From the NCBI GenBank assembly GCA_038496445.1, contig JALMLS010000332.1, positions 62,001-126,000 of the forward strand: a stretch of 64,000 nucleotides of DNA, given 5' to 3'. Source of the stretch: Trichosphaerium sp. ATCC 40318 (Eukaryota; Protista; Tubulinea). This document shows, in pieces, positions 48,501-61,084 of this stretch. Position 1 is the stretch's first letter. Each line of letters opens with the position of its first letter. The position numbers and the translations under genes were made by a program. The notes under the pieces are model-generated. The model saw only the letters and a program-made list of their open reading frames with translations. It searched no databases and was not told the DNA's origin.

Positions 48501-51500
48501 CACCACTCCCTTCTCTTGCATTTGTGAAGAACAAATTCAACTACGGATCAAAATCAGCGCCTACAACACCAATTCGTTCTTCACCTCTTTGTCGGACTAC
48601 TACCCCATTGTACGTCAAATTAAAACTTTCATAACTCATCTCACCCGTTTGCTTCTATAAAACTTGAAGCACGTGATCACTTTCTACGTCTTTTAATAAA
48701 AGATCACACTTCTTATTTGTGTTAGAGCGAGAACACCTCAAAGAGCTATGCAACGTACTCCTATGAAGACGTTTAGTACTAGTCTCGGAGGTCCACGTGG
48801 TTTTAAGACACCCAAGGGGTTTAAAACACCTAAGCATACACCTCTAAGGCCAAGGAGCAAGACACCAAATACCCTGCCACGACCGAAGAGTAACAGGAAG
48901 TTCCCTGATAAGTTTTATCAGAAATATAAAAAAATGTATGAAGCGTTATATTTGGTCAACATCTTTTTTTGACATTTTTATAGAACAACTAAGATATCTG
49001 CAACGGCTTCTAAAAAAGACATTATAAAGCCAAAAGAACCACCTCTTTGTTTATGCGATATAACATCGAAGAAAAGTAAGTTCGTTATCAAGTCATACAT
49101 ACTTGCTTACACGTTCTTTTTTTCGCTTCAGAGAAAATTTCTTTGCGACAATATGCTGAGAGTAGAAACCGTGAACCTATTCCTTGGAGTTCAGAAGCAT
49201 TATTACAATCAGGCATAGACACCCGTATAGTAGAAATGACGAGCGACTCCGCAAAAGTAAGAAAAGATCAACAACTTCAAAGCTCGTTTCTTGTTAACCT
49301 GTTTTACTAGGACTTTTTGTTTACTCATAATAACAAAACAATCGGCCCAGCTGCCATGCTTCAGTTTTTATTGGATGCAGGTGTTAAACCAAAGGAGATT
49401 TCTCTTCCTTGGGTGAAGAATCACTGGAGGTTTATCATCTGGAAGCTAAGTTCAATGGAAAGAGCATTCCCAGTTGTATGTTGCATCTGTTTCTTAACTA
49501 AGTGATAATTAATCAACTGTTAGGAATATGGTGGAGTATACTGTACTCCAGAGAGAGTATTAGAGCAGTTGAAATACAGGTATCAACGTGAAGAGATATC
49601 AGTGAAGAGACCGATTTTTAGACAAATGTTAAATAAGGACGATGTACGCTGACTCTTTGTGTTGTTGCAATGTTGTCCTTACTTACTTTAGGATTGCGGT
49701 CGTTATATGATAGTATGTGTTACTGCTATAAGAAAGATACCAACTCAAGCTGCATACGATGCCGCTGTACTGGATAGTAGGAGTTACAAGCCAACAGATG
49801 CATCAGCCAAAACACCGCCTGGTAAAGGCAAACAACCTGTTGTTGTAGGTAGTGCTAATGCCATTGTGGAAGTCACTGACGGGTAACTTGTGTATTAACA
49901 GCTTGCGTTAATTAATTAATTAGTTGGTATGCCATGCCAGCGCTGATGGACCTTCCTCTTACAAAGTGGGTGCTGCAAGGCAAGATCTTTCCTGGAATGA
50001 AACTTCATATAAAAAATGCTTTTATAAACTCTGGTACGTTCAATATTCCACTAACACTGTTACTCTTTACGATATTATCTAATCGTGATATTATAGACGA
50101 AGGTCAAGAACCACTTGAACTGACAGATGGCACTTTTCTCAACTTACAAGCGAACAGGTTTGTTTTAAAACTGTTATTAGAATTCAATGAAGAAAAGATC
50201 ACTTATTGACTTTCGTATAGCACTCGCCGTGCACCTTGGTATAAGAAACTAGGAATTGTATTCAAACCCACATTTTATGTAAATATTGGATCTTTGAGGT
50301 CTAAAGGTGCGCTTAACGCACGATGAGAAAGAAATAGATTTTATTGCCTGGAAGCCAAAACTCAAATTGTTTTTACTAGGTGGGATGATACCTGGCCTCG
50401 ATTTACTTGTTTGTCGTGTCTACCCTATTGTATATATGGAACGCAAAGGTGAAGACGGACCAACATTAAAGTTGACAGAGCGTGGTAATGATGAACGAAC
50501 TAGAAGGTATGTTAATATTTTAAGAATATATAAGACAAAAAGTACTGATTACATTTTAAAGACATCAAGAGCTACAAAGTAATGCAGCCCAAAAGGAGGT
50601 TGAAAAATTAACAAAAGAGTTATCAGAAGATCATCTGACAGATACTTTAAGTATGCCTGCATGCTTGGATGACATTGATGATGGAGGTGTAAGTTTTTCC
50701 TTTTTTTGGGAAATACATGTTGCATAAAACGCTTTCCCTTCCTCTGTGATTTTTGTTTACTCTTGCGCTAGACTCTACTCCAAATATTCAGAGGATGTAA
50801 GCAAAACACGAGCTTTCTCCATCGCCTTTCTTATGAACAACAAGAAGAGCTTCAAAAGGCTCAATATGATGCGAAAATAAGCGATCAAAACTATATCCAA
50901 AAGGAAGTTCAAAAACTTTTGGATGATACACCAGAACTTTGTCGGTACGTTATTTTTACATCTGCATTCACAGTGTTCATTTTATCTTATTATTCATTTC
51001 CTACATAGCAAGGTGTCGAGGTTACTTCGAGTCAAAGTCCAAGATTTCCCTAAAGAAGGAAGAAACCCTGATAAAATATCAACAACCTTCCTCTCCGTTT
51101 GGGACCCACCTATGGATTTGCTTGATATGTTACGTGAAGGAAAGCGTGTATCAATGCTTAATGCAATGCCTGTGAGTTATTATTATTAAGACTATGACTA
51201 ATTGATTTTAAACTCAAAGGCACCAATGGATACTATTCCAGTTTCGTTACGAACATCAAAACGAACAAGGTGGGAATCTAAGCAAGATCCAGCACCACAT
51301 TCATTTAAACCACGTGTTGCTACGCCTATATTCAACCTTAAAGATATACAAACAGATCAAGCATATGGTAAAGAATTTGATGTTGTTGGCGTACGTCCTT
51401 TGTTTAAAGCTTTGAACTGTTATTTTTTTCTTACTTTTTTTTCAGGTTGTTGTGGACTCTACTACTCCTGTTGGTATAGATGAGCGAGATGACCGTGTCA

Positions 51501-51977
51501 CACAAACAATATATATAGCTGATGCTCCTGGAGATATACTACGCATTGACATTGACCTATACCCTGACGAATTACTACCAAAAGATTGGTTGTACTATAA
51601 TGAAAAATGTATGTATATTTTTACCCAAACTTTACTATGTTCTCAACTGACGTTATCTCACTTTTTCTAGCTCCATCTATTCTTTACATAAAGAATATAC
51701 GCTATATGATGCAAGATGATAAATCTGGATTTCACATGGCAACAGGTGATTCGTTTTCTGTTGTTTCAGTTCGAACAAGAGAAGAACATTTACTTAGTAG
51801 ACGTGCTGTAATAGATGAGTGGCTGTCTAGGTATGATTTCTTGTTTTTTTCTTTATTCTTTCTTGTTCTTCGCTTTACAAACCTTTTTTAATTTGTAGTG
51901 ATGAAGAAGCTTTAAAGAAAGCACAAGATTCAATGTATAATGCTTCTGTAAGGACTGTATGTTTAGACAAGATGTAA
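45573..51977 (+). CDS. BRCA2: BRCA2 homologue (helical + OB-fold DNA-binding domain) with an atypical repeat-rich N-terminal half
   Basis: WVKNHWRFIIWKLSSMERAFP, PERVLEQLKYRYQRE, VEVTDGWYAMPALMD..L..GKIFPGMKL, LQANSTRRAPWYKKLG, GGMIPGLDLLVCRVYPIVYME, LSVWDPP.DLLDMLREGKR and EFDVVGV. Confidence 0.93.
46327..47641 (+). repeat. Intragenic duplications in the large BRCA2 exon: about 292 bp (46327-46618 / 47350-47641) and about 98 bp (46847-46944 / 47189-47286)
   Basis: Near-identical in-frame copies at offsets 1023 and 342. A third partial copy of the PSFSSAA.LGGFASANT block lies at about 47070-47125. Confidence 0.93.
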
Positions 51978-52227
51978 ATAATAATAAAAAAATTGTAACA
52001 AGTATTATATTGCATCAATCATTGTACCTCTCAAAGTGTGTTGTTACCTTCAAGCAAACTTGGAAAAGAAATAAGTGACGTAACAATACTCGTGTCTTCT
52101 GAATTGAGTCCCGATTATACTTTTTTTGACCGTTACAAAAGCCGCACTACAATTCGTTCAAAAAAGGTGCCAAGCTTGGTACTTTTGTATAAATAAATTG
52201 ACCATAGCAACTATTTGGAAACTAGGA

Positions 52228-54941
52228 ATGGCCACTTCCCACGTGATATTGATAACTGCTTCTTTGTTGATATCTTGTTTTCATGTGGTTAATGCAGTGC
52301 CAAACGTTTTACTTTTAATGGTAATCAAGCGTGTAAATAATTACATCGCACGTGATTTACAATACCTGTGTAGGCGGACCAGCATCGACACGATGTTCTT
52401 AGCTACACAGGGAACAAAGTACAATTAAAAAACCGTTGTTTTGCTCGAAACCGTTTACTAACACGTGGTAGGCTGTTTTGACGCCAAATATTGACTCACT
52501 AGCCAAAGAAGGTTAACCTTGCTTTTCTTGTTTTGACAACTTTTCGCTTACGAGTGTACTAGGTGCTTTCTTTTCTCATGCATACTCGAGGTACAAAAAC
52601 AACCAACAGATTTGTTTCCGGCACCAGATAAGATTCGTGTTCTTCTTACTGTATTTCTAGTACTCCAACATGTACGCCTGCCCGCGCTGCTCTGCTTACA
52701 GGACAATCTCCTTGGAATCACGGTATGCTCGGTTATGGAAGGGTAGCAAGTGAGTGATAAAAGCTCTCAATGTTCAGTTTTTGACCTTGAACAGCCAAGT
52801 ATCCTGTTGAGATGCCTCGTGTGTTTTTAGACAACGGATTCGCTACTGCAGTTATTGGCAAAGACCATTTTGGATGGAACAATACAGACGATGAAGGCAT
52901 CAGGTACAACTACAAAGTAGAAAAATATGTAACGAGTTGGAAGCTAACTCATTTTTTAGCCATGGATTTCAATACTTACGTATCTACGACGGGCTTGGTA
53001 AAATATGCTGATGTACCAGGTGGTAACTTAGTTATAGGTGACGGTGTTGATACAAACCATGGTGGAGAATTCGATGACTATGACGCTTGGTTTCAGACCA
53101 AATAGTACGCCCTTCTCTTTTTTCTTCTTTTTGTTCAACTTTTGATTTAGTCCTGGAAAGAACCCTTTAGCAACTGGGTTAGATTGGAACACATGGCACG
53201 GAAAGCCATATATTTACCCCGAAGATGTACATCCAACAGTAAGTCAATAATGCAGTACAAGCGCTGTTTTACAAATACGCAATTCAGGCTTGGACTGGAA
53301 TGAATGCTATTTCTTGGCTAAAGCAGTTCGATAAAAAACAACCGTTCTTCTTGAAGGTATCAATTATTTCGCCTTACATAGTTATTTACGCATCTTAATA
53401 GGTTTCATGGCACAGACCACATTCACCGTAAGATCATCATACAGTATAATCAACTCAAGAGTTCATACTGTCCTAGATACGATCCGCCAAACAGAATTTT
53501 TGAAAAAATGTCCACCAAAAATATGGCACCAATTATTGGTACTAGAGAATCCCTTGAGCTTCTTTTTTTAGATTCTAAGTGCTTGAATATAGAGCCTAAC
53601 ACTTGGGATAGCAGATACAAAGATGGGAAAGGATGTGGTACGCAGTATGTAAGAAAAATAACTAAGACCAACTAGGAGGCGTTGATGCTTGGTGTGGATT
53701 GTTTCCTTCAAATGAAACAGATATCTCCAAGTACGTGAAGCTAATCTTTGTTTTAAGATACTCTAAATAATGTCTATTTATAGGAGAGCTTACTACGGAT
53801 CCGTGCAGTTTGTAGATGAATGGTTAGGTCAAGTACTTGAGGAAGTAAAGAACCAAGGTTTATGGAATAATACGTTTATTATTTACACTGCTGATCATGG
53901 AGATATGCTTGGCGACCACTATCACTGGCGGTAATAACACCACTTAACCTTAAAATAAATTACTAAACCATCATAGCAAAGGATTCCCATACGAGTCATC
54001 AGCGCACGTGCCAATGATAGGTGAGTAACGCTTGTATTTTTAACCTTTTTTTACGCCGGAGCAACAATTGGTTCGTTCTTTCTTATCTTTTGTCTTTAGT
54101 CCGCTGGCCAGAGTCAATGGAAAGTGTTGTTAAATTGTCTCGTGGGTCTACAATGGATCAAGTTACTGAGCTTCGTGGTGCGGTCTTTGTCAATCATTGT
54201 TTGTTCATTACTAACTTGGTTTCTTTTCACAGATATCTTACCTACATTTGTTGATGTTACAGGTACAGCAACCATGTCTTAACATGTAGATAAACTTCTA
54301 ATTCTAAAAGGTGCCAAACTTCCCACGGGAGCAAAAAAGAGGGATGGGATCCCTATCACGTGTATTTTGAAGGACCCTCAGGGTATTTAATTTTGGCTTT
54401 CACAAAAAAAAAGTTCCCCTTTGTGTTACAATTTATAGGATGCAAATGGCGTGAGCACCTTGATCTAGAACACGATATTGTGTACAACAAAACTGTGCAT
54501 TGGAATGCATTAACAGATGGTAAAATGAAGGTACCTATTTCACATTAAGTAAAGACGTTCTGATACTGATTTTTTCTTCTTTAGTACATTTTCAGAGCTT
54601 TCTTTGGAGACGAACAACTTTTTGATTTAACCCTCGATCCAAAGGTAACTCAGACGCCCCTTTGCATTGATATAACGTAAATAGGAAACACACAACTTAG
54701 CAGAAGATGCAAAATACAAGGTACAACTATGCTACCCTAAAGTAGCTAATCAAGAATAAAGGACACTCTGGAACTGTGGAGAAACAGAATGGTTAAACAG
54801 TTTGAGCAAGAAGGTACTTCATTCATATGTGCTTGGTAGGTGTATTAACAATGACAAGGGCGTGGTGTAGAATGGGTTAAGGATGGTAAACTACAGCAAA
54901 GAGTAAAAGGACAGCTCTATAGCCCTAACTATCCTCAGTAA
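52228..54941 (+). CDS. Secreted formylglycine-dependent (aryl)sulfatase; about 20 short introns
   Basis: Signal peptide, then PNVLLLMADQHR, TPNIDSLAKEG, STPTCTPARAALLTG (CxPxR), GKDH, SWHRPHSPYDPP and NTFIIYTADHGDMLGDHYHWRKGFPYESSAHVPM. Confidence 0.95.
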
Positions 54942-55001
54942 AAACTATCTTTGGTTTTAACTTTTATTCGTTTTGGTTAACATGTTAATGAATCATCACA
55001 T

Positions 55002-56147
55002 TTACTTCAACTTGGCGAGAGCGTCATCAGTGTTTGATACCTCAGCATAAGCGAAACCAAGAGCAGCCATCATAGTTGCTTGGACATCCTCAGCAGGAAC
55101 CTTTTTGCCCTAAAAACGATTGTTATTTCGTCGGACTTTGTCTATTAAAACGTTATGTTTGTCGTACACCGTGTTCGAGATTGCATGTTGCACAAGCATC
55201 TTGGAGAAGTTGGACCTTGTATCCTAAGTCGCTAGCTGCTCTTACAGTACCATCAACACACATATGGCTCATAGCACCAACAACTACAAGATTTTTGATA
55301 TTAGCAGCATCAAGCTCAGCTTTCAAGTTTGTTCCTTTGAATGAGTTGATTTCTTTCTTTACAATAACCTATTTTTTCGAAAAAGAAATTGTCAGTAACC
55401 ACACAAATATCAATAAATACAATAAGAACCAAAACACTTTCAAGAAGTAAACACAAAAGTCCGTAAACATCCTGAGAAAAAAAGTTCTTGAAATTTCCTG
55501 AAAAGTAGCAAATAAGGTGATCGTCCTTTGTTTTGATTACCTTTTCAGAGCCTTCTGGTTTTACAGTTGTATTTATCTTTGAGCCTTCTGTATCCTCAAT
55601 AAAGAATCCTAAAGCAGGAGAAGCCTTAAAAAAAGTCAGACAACCGAATACAGCAAGATGTTGTGAATTCATTCCAAATCAGTTTAAACCGCTACATAAA
55701 ACGTAGAACAGGCGTAAGAGAGCAATTTAAGTCACTTTGTAAGCAAATAAAGTTTTATAACTTCAAATGGTTTAAAACGCGGTAGACTGCATCGTCATAA
55801 GGTTGACGATGCAGACAAGTTGCGTTTTCTGGAACTTTTACGACACTTTCTGGAGAAAAGTTTTTTTACGTACTGCGATGTGTTTGACGTGAAATACAGG
55901 TTTCTTGAGCGCTCTAAACTTCTTTAGAGCCTTTTCAGCATTGGCAGCTGCCTTAATGCAAAAAACATTATTATGAAGTCTGCTTTATTGCTAGTGGCGC
56001 TATATAAAAGAGTTGCATACCTTTTTCATTTCATGAAGCTCCATCTTGCCTCCTGGGAAGTAATCGTTTTGAATATCAATCAATAGTAATCCTGTATCAG
56101 CCTAGAACATAGTAAGACAATAAGAAACAAGAGCGGTTGCCTACCAT
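55002..56147 (-). CDS. Isochorismatase/cysteine-hydrolase family protein
   Basis: M|ADTGLLLIDIQNDYFPGG, VIVKKEINSFKGTNL and LVVVGAMSHMCVDGTVRAASDLGY...DACAT give the Asp-Lys-Cys triad. The first coding exon is ATG only. Confidence 0.92.
55660..55830 (-). ncRNA. Candidate intronic snoRNA in the isochorismatase intron 55625-55873
   Basis: 7-bp lower stem, internal pocket, perfect 11-bp upper stem, then AAACCA (ANANNA). A second hairpin has pocket strands complementary to a conserved LSU rRNA segment. Confidence 0.45.
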
Positions 56148-56267
56148 TTTTAAAATCTCAGTTTCTATCACTTAAAGACAACTAAGTCAGTAATCTACTA
56201 AAATATCTTGTCCAGCGGTACCTCAACCGCTCTCAAGCTTTCAACACATAGAATATAACCCATATAT

Positions 56268-58017
56268 ATGTATTATACTATCTTATCTTTGATTTGTTTC
56301 GTTATAATTGTGCAAGCTCAATTTCCAGCAAACGTAACTGATATCATACGTTCTGAAGGCTACGTACGTTGTAAAATATCCCACGTGACAAAAGATGGAA
56401 CTTGTGACGAACTGACATTTTACCTGTTGTATAGGTAGCAGAAGAGCATAAAGTAGTTACTGAAGATGGTTATATCTTAACAATGATTGTAGGCCTTGTT
56501 TTATTGACAGCATTATTGTTTTTCTCTTTTAATTTGTTTTTAGCGCATTCCACATGGGAAACATAATACTGTAGCCGCAAATGGGGCAGTGTTATTCCAA
56601 CATGGGTTATTTAATAATGCGTGAGTGTAAAGTCTTTTTCGCTTACCCTTTCGGATGGCTTCATTTGGGTCATTGATTTTAAATAGGTTCGCTGGTGTTT
56701 GTAATCCACCTATTGAAGGTCTTGCATATTTTCTTGCTGAAGCTGGGTTTGATGTTTGGTGCGTAGGAGTACACTAGGTATCCAAGATCATAACGTACAT
56801 AGGCTTGGTAATAATAGAGGAAATGGAATAAGTATGGAGCACGAAAAGTACTCGCCGCATGACAGAGACTTTTGGGATTTTTCGTGAGTCATTCTTTACA
56901 GAAATCACGTGTTCAAAAAAACTAAAAGTTACTATTTTAAGGCTTGATGACTTTGCTGATTATGACTTGCCAGCACAATTGGACTATGTTATAAAAGCGA
57001 CTGGACAAAAGAAAGTGCCTTACATAGGCGACTCACAGGTGTGCTGACAAAGGAAATATGTGACACAATCTTTTGCGAATAGTCTTTCTGACAAAATCTT
57101 AGGGCACCTATCAAGGGTTTGCTGGATTCCTTACTCCTGAGACAGCGATGAAAACCAACTTATTTGTGGCTTTGGCACCTGTTGCTTACATCTATAACGT
57201 CGATATTAAATTCTTTCATTTGTTGTCTGAATATGACTTTGGTCACTTATTGGCACTTCTTGGGTCATCACAACTTTTTACTAAAATCCAACTTACAAGA
57301 AATGTAGGTTCTATGAGGTTAATGTACCTGAATTACTCCATAAACTACTGCCTGATCTATGCAAGGATGATCCAACGTAAGTAATAACGTAAAAGAGTAT
57401 ACATGGTAGCATCTAAAGTCATATTCGTCTAGCGAATGCGATTTTGCTTTTTCTATTATAACAGGAAATTACACTTACAAAAACGACTCCCAAATGCCGT
57501 TCTATCTAAACTACATTCCAGCACCTACAAGTATTAAGAACCTTATTCATTAGTACGTTTATTAAACATACGTGTCATCCTTAAGAATACTCTTAGTGCT
57601 CAAGGAGTTAGAGAGAATGTTTTCCAGAAATATGACTATGGTGAGTTGGGAAACATGATTCATTACAAACAAAAAACGCCTCCTGCTCATGACCTAACAA
57701 AATGGCCGTCTTCAGTACCTTTAGCTTTATTCACTGGTACTATAGATAGACTCGGTAGGCGCAAAACTGAGATAACCATGTTATTACTAACTCTGTTGTA
57801 AAGCTGATCCTACAGATGTTGCCCATTTGTTGAGTCTTTTACCAACCAAGCCATTTGTTCATAATGAACCAGTACGCTCTATCTACAGCCCATAAGTCAT
57901 CATGTGATTTATTTGTTTTAGGATTTTGGTCATTCAGACTTTACGCTTGGAGATGCAGCGTACAAGAAAGTGTATCCTCTTGTTGTAGAACAGCTACTTA
58001 AAGTTTCAGGCCAATAA
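56268..58017 (+). CDS. Acid (lysosomal/gastric-type) lipase; multi-exon
   Basis: Signal peptide, then EEHKVVTEDGYILT, VLFQHGL, AGFDVWLGNNRGN, FWDFSLDDFADYDLPAQLDYV, IGDSQG, FQKYDYG and DFGHSDF. Confidence 0.93.
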
Positions 58018-58221
58018 ACATTCCCGTTTATTTTGTTTGCATTCTCGTTGCTGAGGTTAGAAACACTAAGTCCGTGCCTCTATAAATCCAGACCTTTTAT
58101 GGACCCCATTGTTTGGTGGAGTAAATTCAAACTATACTCTTTTTGTAGTTTGCTACTCAGTGTTTTGCTCGTTACAATTTGTTTTCTTCACTATCATGGG
58201 AGTAGCAGGCTTTAGTAACTT

Positions 58222-58860
58222 TTATTTTTTTGCCAGGTTTGCGATGGCGTCCTTGATGGTGGGTTGTGATAGGATCGTCCTGAAAGACAGTTGGTTCACT
58301 GTAAGAGGCATGTCTATTTCTTTATTGATTGCTTCTTTGCGATTACCTGTCCTCTATATTGGTGCAGTGTTAGTGGATGTGTATGGGCGCTCCGAACTAA
58401 AAAAGCGAAATTTGCTAAAAGCACGTGCTCCCAACTTTTCTTGATTTCGAGTTGTCCTTGTTCGTAATTAGCTCCAACAAGTGTCAACCAAACCCACGTG
58501 TACCCCAGTGCTGTGTGGCTTTTCTGTAAATTACACCAACAGCAAAAATCTCGTTAGACTTGGTGGTTATAAAAGTACAAGTTTAAACACAAAAGTATAA
58601 ATCAAGCAATTCACACTTTGCATGTAACATTGCTGCGCTTTAGCCACAACTTACTGTGTTTTTATATGAATACGAAAAAAATTAGCGAACAAACATATCA
58701 CGTGATCTAGAACGCAAATAAACTAAAATTGCAGTAAAAGTGCAGTAAATCTACAATCTTGTGTGTACAAATAAAGTCAATACCACAAACCACAGTCAAG
58801 TAATGGAAGCATACGACATCTTGGTTTTGCGAAAGGTTGTTTTTTATGTACATGAGACAT
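58222..58860 (-). CDS. Possible small multi-exon hypothetical protein
   Basis: Open terminal exon ...KEAINKEIDMPLTVNQLSFRTILSQPTIKDAIANLAKK* and upstream GT/AG-bounded segments. The exon chain was not fully resolved. Confidence 0.35.
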
Positions 58861-58961
58861 GGATCTAAGACATTTGTTTAGAAAAAACAGATTCTTGAAG
58901 ATATATTGGCTTGGCAGGTCAGTACACGACCTAGTTTCGCGTCTACATCAATATTGGAAGC

Positions 58962-59964
58962 ATGTCAACAGTACGTAACACTTGTTCGTTATTCAATCTC
59001 AAAGATATACTGCATCCACATTAATAAGCGTGTTTTATACTATTTACAGTTCTTGCGACAGCCTAACAAAAACGTTTAACTTTTAGTGTTCATCAATACA
59101 TCATCTCTCACAATGATCCATTCGTATCACTCCGATACAAGAAGCGTGGATCCAATTCTACCAATACCATCACTTCCATAAATGCCAAGGGGATGACATT
59201 CACTAACTTCACGGGTAATGAATCAGAGATTCCAACAACTTCTACTGTTTGAAATAGCGAGCCAAATAGTACGGGTTTACTGTTTTTTCTTGGATTGCTA
59301 TGGTTTAGCTTTTTACTTGGATTGCTCTAACAACGTGATAGTTTCGAAGAAGCTGCTTCAATGATACTGGATAAAGAATACACAGTGATGCCAGAACATA
59401 TTGAAAACATGCCTTGTACACTCCTACATACTGACAAACCTCTTGAATATATTAGTTATGTTACCTTAACTAGCTATCGGTAAGAACAAAAGCTGATATT
59501 GATAGGGCTTTATACCTTGTACTTGGTGAATACCGTGTACCTGATCCTATCTTTGGCACAACACTACACAAATCAATACATGAGTTCTCGTTGTGGTGTA
59601 ACATCCTTGACAAAACTCAAACTTGTAGGATGGTTATATTCATCTACAAAGACGACCATATAGTACCTACTGAGTTCTGTGAGAAGTTCCCAGATTGCCC
59701 TCAAGGTAATCATTTGCTTACCCCTTCTAGACACACTCTTTCACTAACGCTTTCTTTGTAGCCACAATCGAGTCAATATTTAATTATCTAGTAAGATTAT
59801 TCACTTCTCACATGATAAAAGGAGCATACTTAGATGATAATACCCGTATATTGACTAAAGCAAACTCATATTTTCATTACTACTCAATTCTTGACTTCAC
59901 TGACAACTTTGATAAAGCTTTCGGAGAAATTGTGTTTTCCTTCACTGTAGATTGTGATTTTTAG
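58962..59964 (+). CDS. Hypothetical multi-exon protein
   Basis: ATG at 58962 with a GTACGT donor. Open exons include FEEAASMILDKEY..., MVIFIYKDDHIVPTEFCEKFPDCPQ and ...FGEIVFSFTVDCDF*. Confidence 0.5.
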
Positions 59965-60329
59965 GATAAACAGAATTAATTGTTACTTAGTTAAAACCAA
60001 TATTAATAAAGACTTATGATTACTCATATTTTGACATCTTGAGCGTTTAAATTGATTAGCACTTCTAGAAGTTTATAAAAGTTTGTAACAGCAGAGCCCA
60101 TATTTACTATTGATGCCATGCTAGCAATATATGTGCGTCAAAAAGGTAAGCATTAGGACGTACCAAGTACAATAGCAGTCGAGTACTACGTGCAACTTTG
60201 TTCTTCTGTGGGTCATTGTCGTAATGAAGAAAAGAATGAAACAACAAAACTTAACTGACCGAAAAATCTCCGTTATACTTGAAAGGGAAAAAAACCAGCA
60301 TCGAATAGATATCGTTTTCCTTGGCAACA

Positions 60330-61084
60330 ATGTACACATGTGCATGGGAGGATTTGCAAGGTCGATAGTGACACCAAACTTTTCTCAGGATAATAACAGC
60401 CAAATGGCTTAAGTATGCCTAAAGGGTTCTTTTGTTTATTGCAAGTACAACTTTTTCCGACTTCATCTGACCTCCACGTAACCATAGAAAACTAAAGGTG
60501 CGTACGGCACTTATGTGTAGATCATACGCTTGCACCTTTTCGCAGGTGTAAAACTTGCCTCCACCTTCTTCTTCGTCAAGGAAATCAGCTAAAAGTCAAT
60601 GCAGTTCCCAACATTTCTAAAAACGTGATTTAACAAACCTTGCTTCTACTAGCGCGATACTATTCTACCATTATTGAACAGGTAATGCACGCTATATGCA
60701 CTATACTGTGTTTAACTTAACGCTACAGCAGCGAGAATGGGTGGTAAGGTAATTCGAGAGGAAAAGCCTCCAAAGCAAAAAAAGAAGAAAGACGATGACA
60801 GTGATGAACCGTCTTATGACGGTTAGCGCTATTTTTGTAATTAAAAAAGCTATAAGTATCTCATAACGCTATAGATATCGTTGACGGCTTTCATAAACAC
60901 GTGACATCAAAAGACGGTTAGTTTTATATCCAAAATAACCGACTTGCCCTAAAAACTTAACCTTGTTTCGCTAGTTGAAGAAAAGTACTCAGACCATGAT
61001 GATTCTGGAGAGTATCATCTCATTTTTTGCTGCAACGTTAAAAAATGGAATCGAGACAGTGATAGTAGCAGCGACGAAGAGTAG
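60330..61084 (+). CDS. Small protein with a Cys/His-rich (zinc-finger-like) N-terminus and an acidic C-terminus
   Basis: Spliced MYTCAWEDLQVCLKGSFVYCKCVRHLCVDHTLAPFRRCKTCLH... A KQKKKKDDDSDE tract follows, and the protein ends RDSDSSSDEE*. Confidence 0.5.
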
